This document shows positions 15,818-29,252 of a stretch of 64,000 nucleotides of DNA, in pieces. The DNA comes from Catajapyx aquilonaris (taxonomy: Eukaryota). Location of the stretch: positions 62,001 through 126,000 of the forward strand of contig KZ538003.1 of assembly GCA_000934665.2 (NCBI GenBank), read 5' to 3'. Position numbers and translations under genes: made by a program. Under the pieces are notes generated by a model, which was given only the letters and a program-made list of their open reading frames with translations, ran no database searches and was not told where the DNA came from. Position 1 is the stretch's first letter, and the number at the start of each line of letters is the position of its first letter.

Positions 15818-16139
15818 ACTGCAATTAATCCGAGCCTCTCAGCTTGACTGTGTGCTCATTAACTATTGAAATTTCTGGCGTGTAATTGAAACCATGGACA
15901 AACAGAAAATGAAAGCTTTTGCATCTGCAAGTTAATGAAGTTTTCCCCGAGTTAAATAGGCTATGTGCAGATGTCATTTCCAGACTTGGTGGCTATTGGC
16001 ATACTACAATCCTCCCCCCCCCCCTCTGCTTCCCCCCCTCCCCCAACTGGAAACAAGACAGCACCAAGAATTCTCTTTGATGATGACACGGCCAGATCTG
16101 GATGACCTCACTGCATGTGGGTGCATATTGTGCATATGT

Positions 16140-16660
16140 GTATATGCACTTCCAATTTACAGGGAGATTGAAAATGGTCATTATGACTCTGCATAATTTT
16201 ACTCCTTTAGTAGTGGTGCATAAAATGCCAAAACAAATCATTTTGTGTTAGATGCACCTAATGCATACAAATATTCACAAAGCTGCATATACTTACCGTA
16301 CTTACCATTTTCAGGGAGATTGAAAATGGTCATTGTCACTCTGAATAACTTTACTCCTTTAGTAGTGGTGCATAGTAATAAGGCCAAAATATATTAATAT
16401 TGTGTATAAAAATGCACCGAATGTGCATAAAACTAAGCTGCATGTATTTATGCACTTCCAATTATCAGAGAGATGGAAACCACTCGGAATAATTTTTATG
16501 TTCTAAATACATGTACATATAAAATGCCAAAATACAATTATTGTGTACATGAACAATTCACTAAATGCATCTAATGCATAACAATATTCACTAGCCGGCA
16601 TAATTATGTTTCAGGATACTGCATAAATATGTGCTGCACAGGTGCACAAATATTCAGTGT
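16140..16660. repeat. Degenerate tandem repeat, ~153-bp unit, about 3 copies
   Basis: CAG(G/A)GAGAT(T/G)GAAA near 16160, 16312 and 16466; TTTACTCCTTTAGTAGTGGTGCATA occurs twice. Confidence 0.75.
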
Positions 16661-17297
16661 AGCCTATACAGGGTTATTTTTTTTAAATGTAACTATAATT
16701 TTTTTTTGCAAATATTCACTGTGGGTTTTTCCCAGCAATATGCCCAAAATTTGCTGTTCCGTAGCGAATGGCCCTTAAATGTGTCTCTCCATCCATCCAT
16801 CCACACACGGTACATCTAGCGCGCAGGGCGCCAAGTCCGAAAATCGTCGCACATTGTTGAGCATATAAATCAGCTGCGGTTGGTTATGCGGGCAGCTGTG
16901 TAAAACGAAACATGGAGTCGTTCCTGGCCCGTGATTTTATGCTCCAAATGGCGTTCTCATTTTAAAATGGTGGGGGAGGGGGGGTTGCTGGGGGAATACA
17001 AGCCAACTCGCACTGCAATCCGGACCCGTGGATAGCTGATGAGACAGGTGACGTGAAAAGCACCGGTGATTGATAATTTCCATCTGCGCCATGACGAATC
17101 CCATCTCGCAGGGGGACGCAGATACAAAATGCCGACGCCACCGCGTCGCTTTTCAATTTTTTGCAATTTTCTGAATGCGCAAAAAAATCGGATCAGGTGG
17201 CCTCCCTGTCCGTCGCAATCGCATTATTAGATTGGACAATATAAGGCTGGCTTGCATCCGCAATTTTTGTTACATAGCTGGTGGTAGATGCTCAGTT

Positions 17298-17625
17298 TGT
17301 CACGTACTGCGCAGATACACATAGGGTATAATGTAGATCGGGTCAGCACTGTATGCCAATATCGGCCCAACATCGGATGCCAACGTCGGCCCGATGTGAC
17401 AGAAAGTTAACGGTTTTACGTTGGCCCGACATCGCTTCCCCAACATTGGCCCGGCGTCATTTGCCGACGTCGGGCCGACGAAGTGTGCTACCTGGGACAT
17501 GACAAAAATGCAGATCTGCGCAGGTGTAACCGCCATCTGATCATATCCACATTTTTTGTTGCTTACTGCGCAGATGGACGCTAGACCTGCGCAGTACATG
17601 ATAAAAATGCATATCTGCGCATTTG
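17298..17625. mobile_element. Remnant(s) of non-autonomous DNA transposon(s) with internal repeats
   Basis: Array of ACGTCGGCCCGA-like repeats ending GCTACCTGGG (~17496), embedded in CTGCGCAG repeats with an inverted pair at ~17298 and ~17587; no TSD resolved. Confidence 0.4.
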
Positions 17626-20600
17626 GCCGTTTGAACCCGCGCTTATTGTTACAAATGGCTGAATTGTCTCATTTCCATGTAATAAATACGTCTTAGACGA
17701 GCGTGCACAGGTGCCTGCTATACCAAAGTGTCTCAGAAACACGCACACACTGCAAACACCCTCTTTCCCCCTTACTCCTACAAGAAGCTTCTTAGGGAAT
17801 AGAGCGAGTCTCGACAGGGATTGGGAGTTAATCTTGCAAGTGCGCGCAACATTAAGGACCCATTACTTAGTGTAAAGACGACGTCGCTTGCTGCTCTGGC
17901 CAGCTTACTCAACATCTCCCCCCGTAGTTTAGTCGGCAAGCGATAATGCAAGAACAATTATCCTCCAGTTTACTTGGCGCTTCATCATCGCGCCATACAC
18001 CCCCCCCCCCCCAAACCCTCCACCTCTCCTCTCTGGAAACTTGGCCCTCCCCAGCATGCAGGCGTAATTATGGCGGGCTAATATCACTGGCCGCGTAATT
18101 CTATCAAGGAATTAGCGGGCGACTGGCAACTCGGAAATGCGCTTTGTATCAGGGCCTATTGTCCCGGGAACAGGTGTAATACGCGTGGCATTCATATCTA
18201 GGTATAGGGGGGGAGGTAAATGTGACGAGATGACATGACAGGGTTCAATTAACCGTAAAAATATGGCGTGACGCGTATGAGCGCCTGGAGCTTGTGTCAC
18301 TCAACTTTACGGTGACAAACACTGTGCGGGGAAAAAATGGTGTTTTCCGGTGTCCGTGACAAATCACGGTGCAATTGAGATAATAAGCACAGAGGTCGCA
18401 TGCAAATGATGGTGGACCTCGCCATTTTTTTTAGGAGCATCCTGTCTAGAACAGGGCTTATTTTCTACTTGTCTGCTGAAGCAGTTTGTTGGGGGGAGAG
18501 GACACACCCTACACAATCCCAACCCCCGCAATTATTTTTGCGGGTCTTGTGCAGTCAGAGCAGATTTGTGGCCACCATGCGCATTGGACCAACAAGTCTA
18601 TGCCACAGGTTTTATCGAAATACGTTCAAAAATAATTGGATATGGCGCCCAACGTGGGCGCCCACTGTGATCGGTAGATGGGACGAGCTGTCGAGATGAA
18701 GATCTTCGGGGGTGTAATCGGCAACTTCCGGAACGCAAATGCTGCGTCTCACGCAAAAGTTAAGCTCCCCCCTCCCGTTATTAGTTCAACTATCATTATG
18801 GAAATAATTTGGTGGAGAGTAAGGCGTGCAAATGGGAGCTCCCCCACTCCTTATTCTCTAATGATATCCAAGGATCTTGTCTTGTGCGCTTTAATGAGAA
18901 ATAGGCAGGTGTCCCGGAGGACGAACGACGGGAGCAAATCTCAGAGGAAATGATGATGGGAGAGCCCCCTACCGGATTTGAGGAGGGAAATAAAAAAAAG
19001 GGGGGGAGCTCTTGGCCACATGTCCTGCCATTACCCGGGGCATCGTTTTGCCATCCGGGGGGGCCCGGGCAATAAAACCGAGGATGAAACCAAACATGTT
19101 ATGAGCTTAAATAGTCCAATGGCCCACTTGGTTCTATCCAAGTAGGACTAACATCCGGAGCATGACAGCCCGGATTTTCAACCAAGTGGATTCCAGGATC
19201 ATACGAATGATGAGGGATATTGTCTTGAAGATACGGATGTGGGTATGATGATGTGGATGTTCAAATTTTTACGTACATCTTTTTTTGTTGCAATTTTAGG
19301 CTGTGACGTCATTACGATTGAGCAATCTGCCAAATGCTTTATTGCAAAAAAAGGGATAACGCGAGCTGACGTGGGTAATTGATCAAAAGAATTGCGCTCC
19401 GGATATATTGAAGCCTCTTTACAAAAAAAAAAAAACGGGCTGGGTATATCGTCATTTTTGGCAAAAAAGGGTCCAAGCAGTAATGGTGATGTAGCTTGGT
19501 GCAAAGTTGTTGGCTACTGGCCTGGCTACTCATCAGCTAGTGCGGTATGCTAGGAATGCCTGGTCGCAAAAAAAACCTCCGCATCTCGCAGGGCGTCAAA
19601 GTGTGAAATCCTCTGGCGAATACAATTACGATCCCGACACCTCGCTAAAATCCGTTTCCTTTTATTGCGGACCATTGTCTTTGCCTCAACCGACTGTATT
19701 GGGTGCACACTGTCAAACCGTTCATTCTGTAATTAACTGACGCCATATACCGCGTTTTTTTAGGTGCACCATGCTAAAAAAAAGCCTCGGACAATGGCTA
19801 ATCATTCCGTATTTTCCCGGGCGCACATTAAATGTTACACACCGCACTGGCAATATCAACATGAACGCTTCATTTCCTCAGCAACGCCACATCAATAAGT
19901 GATCCGCTTGTAAATTGAGCATCCAACATGCACAAAGTCGTATTTCGGAAATTAGCTGACACTAGGCACACTGCGTTCGTTGCCGGGCTGATGAATTTTA
20001 CGACGTGTGTACCGGTGCTGTAACTGTACAATTTTTGCCGCTGATATTGTTTCACGCCGGTTTAGTTATAGCTGTCAATACCAACTGTTGACATGGTGGG
20101 GGTTCCAACCCGAGATGCGAATAATTTTCTAGGCTATAGATGCCCACAGTATGGACTGTTTTTGCTAAATTTCGCATACGTCCGGATACGGCCAATTTTG
20201 CAACATGTAATGTATTTTTTTATAAATAATTTTAAACACGAGTGTTAACATTCCGGATGTAAAGTTGATAAAAAAGGGCGGTCATTTTAGCACCGCTTCA
20301 ACCCGGATTGCCGAATCGCCGCACACAGGTCACCTTCAATCTCCCTTTTAATTTGAACCTAATCCTGTCACACGTCCGACTCCAGATTGACCCCTAAGTC
20401 CCCCACGCCAACTTAAATTGACCGTGATAACCCCTAAAATTGCCTCTTTAGTCTCACCCCTTTTTACCCCATCCGGAATCTAATTTCCACTCCCAGAGGG
20501 AGCTTCTCTTTTTTTTTACTAATTTTGAAACTTTTCCGGAGAAAAGTGTTGAGCTTTTTTTTTACCAAATTTTTTTGAGCTCCTCCCCCTTGAAATTTCT

Positions 20601-23600
20601 GACACACACCCTCCTCCCCCTCTCTCGGAAAACTCACCTCCAGCGCAAGGCAAAGTGGCGTCGCATTTTCCTGGGCCTCTAATTTGCCGTAGCAAATACA
20701 TGTGCGTTACCATAAAGGTAATGGAAATGCCAACGCAGATAATTACAGAGTGCTTGTAATAATTGCTCATGAAGGGCAATATATGAGGCTAAGCAGGCGG
20801 CAAAACAAGCCTGGGCTATATTGGAACAGGATTGCAACCGGCCCTAGGGCTCTCTTCCTAGTGCTTTTAGACCAATGATGACCACGCATTAAAAGGCCCG
20901 CCAGCTCGGATAAGAGTTACTGGTTGTTTTTAGAGCTGACCAAACATGTCACTGTGAATCGAACTACAGCCAATCATCGGAATTTTGCCATTCAGCTGTT
21001 ATAGCATAGTTGCTGTTTGTAAGAACCGCTATTGGCAGGTTGGCTTCAATTAAATATTTTTATTAATATAGCGAGTAGATGCTAGCCAGACGGGGTTGCC
21101 ATATTTCATTATAGTGATTTGCGGGAGCTGTGAAACCTTGAAAGCCTAGAACTACTAGCTAGGAGCGGCGCTCATTTTCAACTAGACTTTGGGAAAGGGG
21201 TTTTAATTGCAAGCGCAGCTATCTGCTGAGAAAGGGACGGAATCGATTGGTTGAATTAATTGAACTCGGTCCCGGCCCGCAGCTAGGATACTAATGATTC
21301 TTATAAACCCCCAATTCCACACTTGGGACGCCATTGATTTACTGTACAAGGTGGCCTCAATTACTGGCGCTGCTTGTGAAATGTGCGGATTTCTGCTCAA
21401 GCACGCCCGCCTGCTAAGCCTTCAAGCAATCTTGGGTCAATTACAAATATTGGGTTGGAGTAGGAAATGGGGAGAAGGGAAGAGGAGGCAGGGGTAGATG
21501 GGGACCATTAATATCCAGCTTTTGTCCTTCCTTTGTGCCCAAACGGGAGCTGGGAAACTCGGAGGGGCATTATGTGAAATTGGACCTTAAAGCCCGGATG
21601 AGCTATGCCACTTCTATTAATTATTTCCCGGCCTAGTTGTTCAAATGCTACTTAAATGCGAGCGTCATCCAGGGATTGCGTGCCAAACATGAATAATTCA
21701 TGCTCAACTTATGTGCGTTACGAACATGTGTGGAGGTATAAACTGCGTTTCAAATTATAATCGGTCCATGATCCATGGACAACATATTCGTTTAAAATTA
21801 TTTATAATTTTGTTTAATATTATTAATGAATCATTTGATTGATTTCGATCTTGTACAGGTGGAAGAATTTCGTATCCATTATGAGAATTTCTCTAGGGAA
21901 CTGTAATGTCTCAATCATAAATCTGACGTGCAATAGAAACTGCTCTATGAAATTTTAATGCAAATTGATAGTTCTTCATTTGCTATATATATGCACACAG
22001 GATATCGAATTGATCGCGATTTTAAATTATTTTATGCATAATGCACATATTTCCCGATGCTAAATTTTGTGTGCCTATATTTTTATGCATAAGTTTTGGG
22101 TCGAGGCTCATTAAAGTTGTAGGGCCAAAAGTTTTGACGTTTCATCAAAAAAAAAAAAGTAGGCGATCCCACCCTTCGCATTAAAAAAAATTCCTCCAAT
22201 TAAGTGACTGTTTTTTATTATTATTTATTTTTCTAAAGACTTTGAAAACGCGGTATCATTATTAGCCCCCGAGGCCCCCCCTTCCCCCCTCTCTAACAAC
22301 CAATTACGACCCCCCAACTCCTTCTGGCCACAGAGATTTTTAATTAGAGTAGGTTCCCCCCCTGGCCCCCTCCCTTCTTCATTTGCATATTCCGGTGTGG
22401 GTGGTCCAAGAAGGGCAGCTTCCACGCTGGAAAAAAAATTATAGAATCTGCACAGGCAATTTGCGGATAAATATTTGCAGATTTTAAACTAGGGGGGCTA
22501 TAGAGAAGGGATTTTTATCCGACTATAGTACGTGCATGTTCGGATCGTCAGGCGATCAGCACCAGATTTAGGCAAAGTCTGAAGCCGGCTCCTTTAAAAC
22601 CGGGCCCGGGAAGCAAGTAATTGGGAAATTCCGCACGCCTGATCCATGAAATTGTTTTGTGCAGTCATAAATTTCCGTCCAAATCTCTACCTCAAACAAG
22701 AGTTAGTTCTGTTTCGTTAGATGGTTCTCCCTCCCTCTAATCGGTGCGGATTTCCCTCTGGCACACTCTGTACTTTCTCGGAGAAGAATAATTTGTTTGT
22801 CTTTATGGATTTACGATATAGGTACTTGCCCGGACTTTAATTAACTTGGGGGGGAAAACTTTCATTATGGGTTGTAATCGAAGGCGTTTTTCGAATTAAA
22901 ATAACAAGACTGCTTTCTTCACCGGATAGTAACAAAAAAAAATAACATGGCTGGATGGGTTTAAATTAACACAAAACAACCCCATCTTGACTTATTACAA
23001 GAGCGACTTGGAAATTTTGACTTTTTTTTTTTTGGAAACGGGGTAAAAAGATGAGGTTGATGGAGTTGCGGGGGCGAAACTTGAGGCGCCCCCCTCTTTT
23101 TTTTGATTACTTTGAACCGTTGCGAAGAGATCGATCCAAGCATCAGTCACTCGTGAGAAAGAAAGAAAAAAAAGTTTAATAAAAAATTACTGTAAACGAT
23201 GCGGCAATATCTGTTGGTAATTGAATATGAAGTTTGGGGAATGGCGTAACCTGTTGGGGGAACCCCGTTAATAATATTTTGCTGATTTATTATGTGAATT
23301 TTTTGAGTGATATTGCCACAAATTGTTTCATGTATGAAGTACATCTGGTTGTGCGTAATACTGTGATTTTTTTTAAAACGTTACATCGATACATCCCAAC
23401 ATTTCTTATTGATGAATCTTATTCCCAAATGGCAGATAATTTACCTGAATATATTAGTATTTTTTAAATTAACGCAAATAGGGGCCATTATCTCATATGT
23501 AATGAATACATTTAGTGTAAATAATGCCATTTTAGAACAAACCAAAAATTTTCCTTGCAAACCTGTAATTTTACAACTTGTTCAATTGAAGAAAAAAAAT

Positions 23601-24351
23601 CCAAACTGAACGTCCCATCCATGCAATATTCCAGCTCCGTCCACCGACTCAGTCTGAGTCCTGCAAAGTACTCGTCCCCCAAGTCACGGAATGACACTAA
23701 TTAGGCGGATAAAATCCTATGCTGAAAGGAAGGTCGCCCCAGAAAATCGGCTTTCCTCCTCTCGTGGTTACATAGACTTACTCCGGACGTGTTGGATAAG
23801 TAATTTGATACGACTTGCACACGGTTACAAAAAAAGAGAGATTTTTCCACCAAACTCAGGTAGCCCATACGCGCTTCAAAATCCAGCTCTAATTACTTAT
23901 ATAAAGTCCGGTCCCCTATACAATCTAATAACTGAAGCCCCATTCAAGCCCTCCTGCAGTCTCATTAGAGAGATCATACGCAGTAAAAGAGTGGTCCTGA
24001 GAGGAGGGGGATTTCGTCTCATTAGGCTGCAACCAATACATCACCTTCATTAGGCAAAGCCCTAGGATCAGAAAATCTAACAAATGCAAGTTTGTTTAAT
24101 ATGAAACGAGGGAGGGGGTTTTCTGTGTGCAAATACTAGAGGTTCTCACACCCGCTTCGGAACAGGCAGACTATTGATAGGCCGCAACCGGCTGTGAGTA
24201 ATGGGGGAAGGTCGCACTTTTAGTGTGCACCCCCTGGTTCCGCTCCGGCTGGGCGCGCGATGGAACTTCTAATTAGGTTTCCTATGGGCCCCTTTGTGGT
24301 GCCCGCCCGGGCATAATGCAAGCTGGAATAGTTTCTAATAAGCCCCCCCCC

Positions 24352-24621
24352 NNNNNNNNNNNNNNNNNNNNNNNNNNNNNNNNNNNNNNNNNNNNNNNNN
24401 NNNNNNNNNNNNNNNNNNNNNNNNNNNNNNNNNNNNNNNNNNNNNNNNNNNNNNNNNNNNNNNNNNNNNNNNNNNNNNNNNNNNNNNNNNNNNNNNNNNN
24501 NNNNNNNNNNNNNNNNNNNNNNNNNNNNNNNNNNNNNNNNNNNNNNNNNNNNNNNNNNNNNNNNNNNNNNNNNNNNNNNNNNNNNNNNNNNNNNNNNNNN
24601 NNNNNNNNNNNNNNNNNNNNN
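24352..24621. other. Assembly gap (270 N) between a C-run and a G-run
   Basis: Run of N with poly-C on the left and poly-G on the right. Confidence 0.98.
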
Positions 24622-27600
24622 GGGGGGGGGGGGGGGGGGGGGATTAAGAAAATTCAATTCCCCAAGACTTGGGAGAGCCCTGATTTATGTCCCACCTAAT
24701 GGGTTATTTTCATTTTTGCTCCATAATATTTTCGCCCCAGCTACCAGGCACTGTTTCTTCCTCTTGCAAATTGGCAATCTCATTATGAGATATTTCGTGA
24801 ACAGATAGCAGCACTCGAGGGAATTTTCTTAAGGGATGCAACGTCCCTGTTAGGAATGTATAAAAAGATGCCTGTCCAATATATCATACCGTTTCAAAAA
24901 TTTTGGGGGGGTCCTTTCAATGGGAGATAATAATGGACACTATTTTAACCACTGATCAGCCTAAAAAATAATGGTGTTTTGACACTGGATTTTCAGTGGT
25001 CGCAATATTGATGACATGTATTGTCGGAACGCAATTTTTTAAAGCGGGCCTAATCAAAAATATTGCATAACACGCCAAATTGGATGTGCTCACGTGTGTG
25101 AAAACATGTCCGATCGGATTGACACAATAGAACGGTCGATTGCGTCAAAACGCCTATATAATTTCATGTCTGTGGCTATAAACAAAAGAGCCATTATTTT
25201 GTGGCTGAAAGTGAAGTTTTGTGCTGAAAATACAGTCAGGAAATGAATGATCAAGATGACTTGAATAATGAGCCAGTTTCGTGCGTCAAAGTTTATTTTC
25301 TTTTTTTTCCACCTCGATTTATTTTTTTACAAAGTTTCTGGGAACGAGTTGGAAAGTAGCCGATTATCAGGGTATTTGTTCAAGCTCGCCTTTCGTTTCC
25401 GGACCTAAACTCATTGGATATTGATTCCGTCTTTTGTCCGAGTAGCTGTCGTCGTGCCCAATAAAAAAATACTTGGGGGCTCTGAAGATATTTTTTCAGC
25501 TGGGCCTCCTTGGCCTGTCCGGCCAACAGGACGTCTCCCAAAAAAATAAGGAAAAGAAAGTTTGCATTTGGCTGCCATTTCCTTTTCTTCTGGTCTTTCG
25601 AGCCGAGAAGAAACTGTCCAGGATCGTTCAAATCTAAGCAAAACACAGTCGTATGCTAGGAGCAGACAACTGGAAAAACGATGTCATGTACAGGCCAACT
25701 GGCCATTTTGGATGGACAGAAGAAAAAAAATTAGTGGACGTAACTTAGTCAAGGTGGGTGTGGTTTTGAGATGGGTAGAGAATCGTCTTGGAAACGATGA
25801 TGGAGTTTCAGGGAATGCGGGCAAATGTCATTGCAGGCATTCTAATTTCACCCCCCCATCCTCCTCTTCATTAGTACTCCAGGCAGGGGGGGGAGGAGGG
25901 AGGAAGGGAAAGGGGTGTTATTTTTAAGCCAACTCAACTTGTCACTTTGGCCGACTTCATCTTCATTTCGGCCATCATTCCGAGAGAGCTGTTCTTCCTC
26001 GGCACCAAGTTAAGCTGCAACCCGGTGTAAATCTTAATTAACTTTTGTTAGTAGGCCTAACTCTCGCTGCCAGGTCGAGGTCTTTTCAGGGAGTTAAATA
26101 TGACCCTTTGAGATATATCGCAACCAAATTTGGGGATTGCGGCAGACATGTTTTTTAAAGTGAAATAACAGAAAGCGGCTTTGCTTTGACAGTATTGTTG
26201 TTTGTAATGTTGGACCACAAAAAAAATTAGCCATATTTTTCTGACATGTAAACAATTTATGTGGGAGCTGGCAAAAATATTAATATTGTTGTTTTAGTTT
26301 CTGTTGTTGATTATTGCATTAATGGCGTAATGGTACAGCGTCACATTTGGACATATCAACACGTCTAGTCCATTTACTGCATATGATAGCATAATATGTA
26401 TAATTTAAACATATTAATGTTCGCATCAACGTGACATCCGGCTCGCTCTGGTTATTGAATAATGTTTCAGGTAATGTTTGATGCTTTATTTTCATATACA
26501 CCCGCGCGCAGTTTGCAATTTAAACGGTTTTATTTACCCCCCACCGGAGTATAATTTTCGTGACGAAGCTCAGCGATAATGCCATCCGACGTTTCGGTTG
26601 TTGTGCAAATCGAAAGGGCAAAGTGTGATCGCCATTGTTCGGGAAAATATACAGAACCTGGACTCACACTGTTCAAAATTTCACATTGATTTAATCAATT
26701 TTTTTTTGCTTTATGGTATGCTGATCACTGTATGAATACATACCCGGATGATTTTTTTTTCAGTTTATGAATATTGCTACAATTGCAACTAATCAGTACT
26801 GGTGCAATAAATGGCAATCTGATATGTATACATGAAATACTGTACATCTGAGCCTGGAATTGGGATGAAATAATTTGTATGCTGTGAAGGAGTGATGTCA
26901 ATTTACTTTTGCCTGAAATATAGATAGTGTCAATAATTATTATACTGTATTTGTAACTTGTTAAACAGGTTTGTTGACCGAAGCTTTCAGGCGCCAAAAT
27001 TTGCCAGACTTTGAAAAACTCCGACTTTTAATGCCCGGTTTTTGTCAGAGAATCAGAGAAGCACTTTTCGTCAGTGCTTGTTCCAAGTGGCCATAGAAGC
27101 AAAATATGTTTAAGAATACGACGCCTGTAAAGCAAAGGAGAACTCTTGGAAATGTTCTTCGGCCGTAAAGTGAGCACAGACAACATTCAAAAAAGTCCAT
27201 CGGTCGTTTCCTTCCTATGAGAAAATCACCCCCTACCCCCCTTCCTTTTTATATTTTTTATATATATTTTTTCCTTATCCCCACCCACCCTACATAGAAG
27301 GCAATGGGCAGTGTTAGGGGCATGCTACCACATTTCTTTTTGATTAGGTCCTACATCATGTGCAATACGTTGCCGCAGCCAGGGGGTCCCGAATCGGTAC
27401 TTTTCTTTCTGTTTTTTTCCGTTCCTCTTGCTCAAGAGTACTTTATGAGCCGCCTCTGCTTCTCAAAAGCCGGCTGCGGATTGAGCCCCCAACCATCTCC
27501 CATCCAACCCCCCCTCAAACTAAAATGTGGCATTGGATTGCCAAGGAAATCCACAATATCGGGGATGCTTCTACATTTCTTCATAAAGGCCGCAATATTT

Positions 27601-29252
27601 CCTTGATATCCGATCGGGAAAATGCGTCCGGGTCAATAAAAAATAGAGGGGGGGGGGATAGGAGGGCACACGTTCATTTCGACCACAAGCGGCGCCGCTG
27701 GTTTGGTGGTACCAAGCAAGAAAAACGGCATCCTTTCCCTTAGAAGCCCATACCAGGATTCCACTCTCCATCTCGATCCATCCCAGTCAACCAGCATTAG
27801 GTTGCATCCCGCCACGAGATTTATTGGGACTTGGCTGCTCCCTCTGATTCTTTATACACCCTGTCTATATCGGTTGTTGGGACGTATACGTCCTGGTAAG
27901 CAGATCATGTTGGAGGAAACCAGAAGTTACATTCGCCCAGGTTTTTTTTTTATTGGGGACAGGATGTCATAGTTCAGAGTTTATTTCGCATGGGCGAGAA
28001 ATGCAACGTGGGAGTTAATCGTCTGTAATTTTCCAATTGGATTGTCAGACTTATCCTGGGTGGTTGTAACAGGCAGCTTTAATCAGCCGGAGGATTTATT
28101 CGTGATGGGAATCAATTTTCCTGCTGGGGGTCTTGACATGGGTCGGTCTTTTTGAAGAGGAATGGTGGGGGTAAGAAATGGGGGTATCGACAAATTGGTG
28201 TGGCTTGTTGGAATGCGACAAATATTAATTGAACTATCGGGGTTGGTGCACGCAACACCTTATCATGGTGTGTTATAAGTTGGATTTTAATTTTAGCAAA
28301 ATTGGGTGGTCTTACCCAGGAAAATTCGCAAATTTTTAATGCAAACTCACTAAATGGCATTTGCATTCATACTCAAGTTGCGTAATGGCAAATACTTTTT
28401 TTTTTGTTGAAAAAGTGAAGTGCACGCGACCTTTGCTGCAACTCATCCGTGCACCGCATCCTGTAGAATCTGCAACCCACTTGTGCCCTCGTCAGTTTAA
28501 AGAGTTCTTGTCCAGTTTTGCCCTTTAAAAAAACATGCTTTTGAGTGATCCGTTTCTAGGCCTCCACAAACAAAAGTATACAAAAATCTACATCCAGTAC
28601 GTTTTCCCTCGATACTCGACCAGGTTTTAATTCTATACCAACTAATGGAGCACCCACTTCATCCGGTCCTAAAAATCAACCCAGAGTAATAGAGCACAAA
28701 TGATCAGTTCTGACGCGGAAATGTGCCCCACCTACCGTTCCTTTCTAGAGTCTGTAAAGTAGGAAGAGCTTTGCTATGGGAAAAGTGTCATTGAAAAACC
28801 GCTTTAGCTCAAAAGCCCTCTATTGAGATGTTTCTGCAAGTGAAAGACCCCCAACCGGTGGGCGGTGTGAGTGTGATGGCCCTTCACAAATGCCCCCCAC
28901 TCAAAAAAAGAGAGACCCTCATTAATCAAAAAAACTGGTTGAATGTTTGTGGCTTTTGTCCACCCCCCCTTTTTTTTCAAAAAAAAAAAAATCTTTGGCT
29001 ACTCATGACGCTCTCTTGGCCATGCGCGTACGTTAATAATACGGGCCAGAGGGGGCTTGCTGGAAAAGGTATTTATGCACTCATGTTGCGGGTCGGGAAG
29101 GCTTTATGCTCTTCAAACGGCTGTACATGGCGGTGTAATGGGAGGCAAAAAAATTTCTAATGGCCAGGGAGTTAAAAAGCGAAGTTTGTAAGCCACTCTT
29201 CATCTCATGGTGCACTGAATGTTCCTGATTTGATTGTTGTGTTTGTTGGCAG

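Noticed and set aside
17036..17059. CTGATGAG...GAAA hammerhead-like core (also CTGATGAG at 47788 and in the SINE tail at 56478-56491)
   Set aside because: Canonical stem II closure and stems I/III cannot be formed; the other two lack the GAAA core.
27744..27895. Possible extra LMO exon (pyrimidine-rich TAG acceptor, G|GTAAGC phase-1 donor)
   Set aside because: No in-frame ATG and no similarity to LMO proteins that I recognise; needs transcript data.
19..29160. Numerous 60-175 aa ORFs in the ORF track
   Set aside because: No recognisable domains; many use non-ATG starts or translate homopolymer and GA repeats; consistent with chance ORFs in non-coding DNA.
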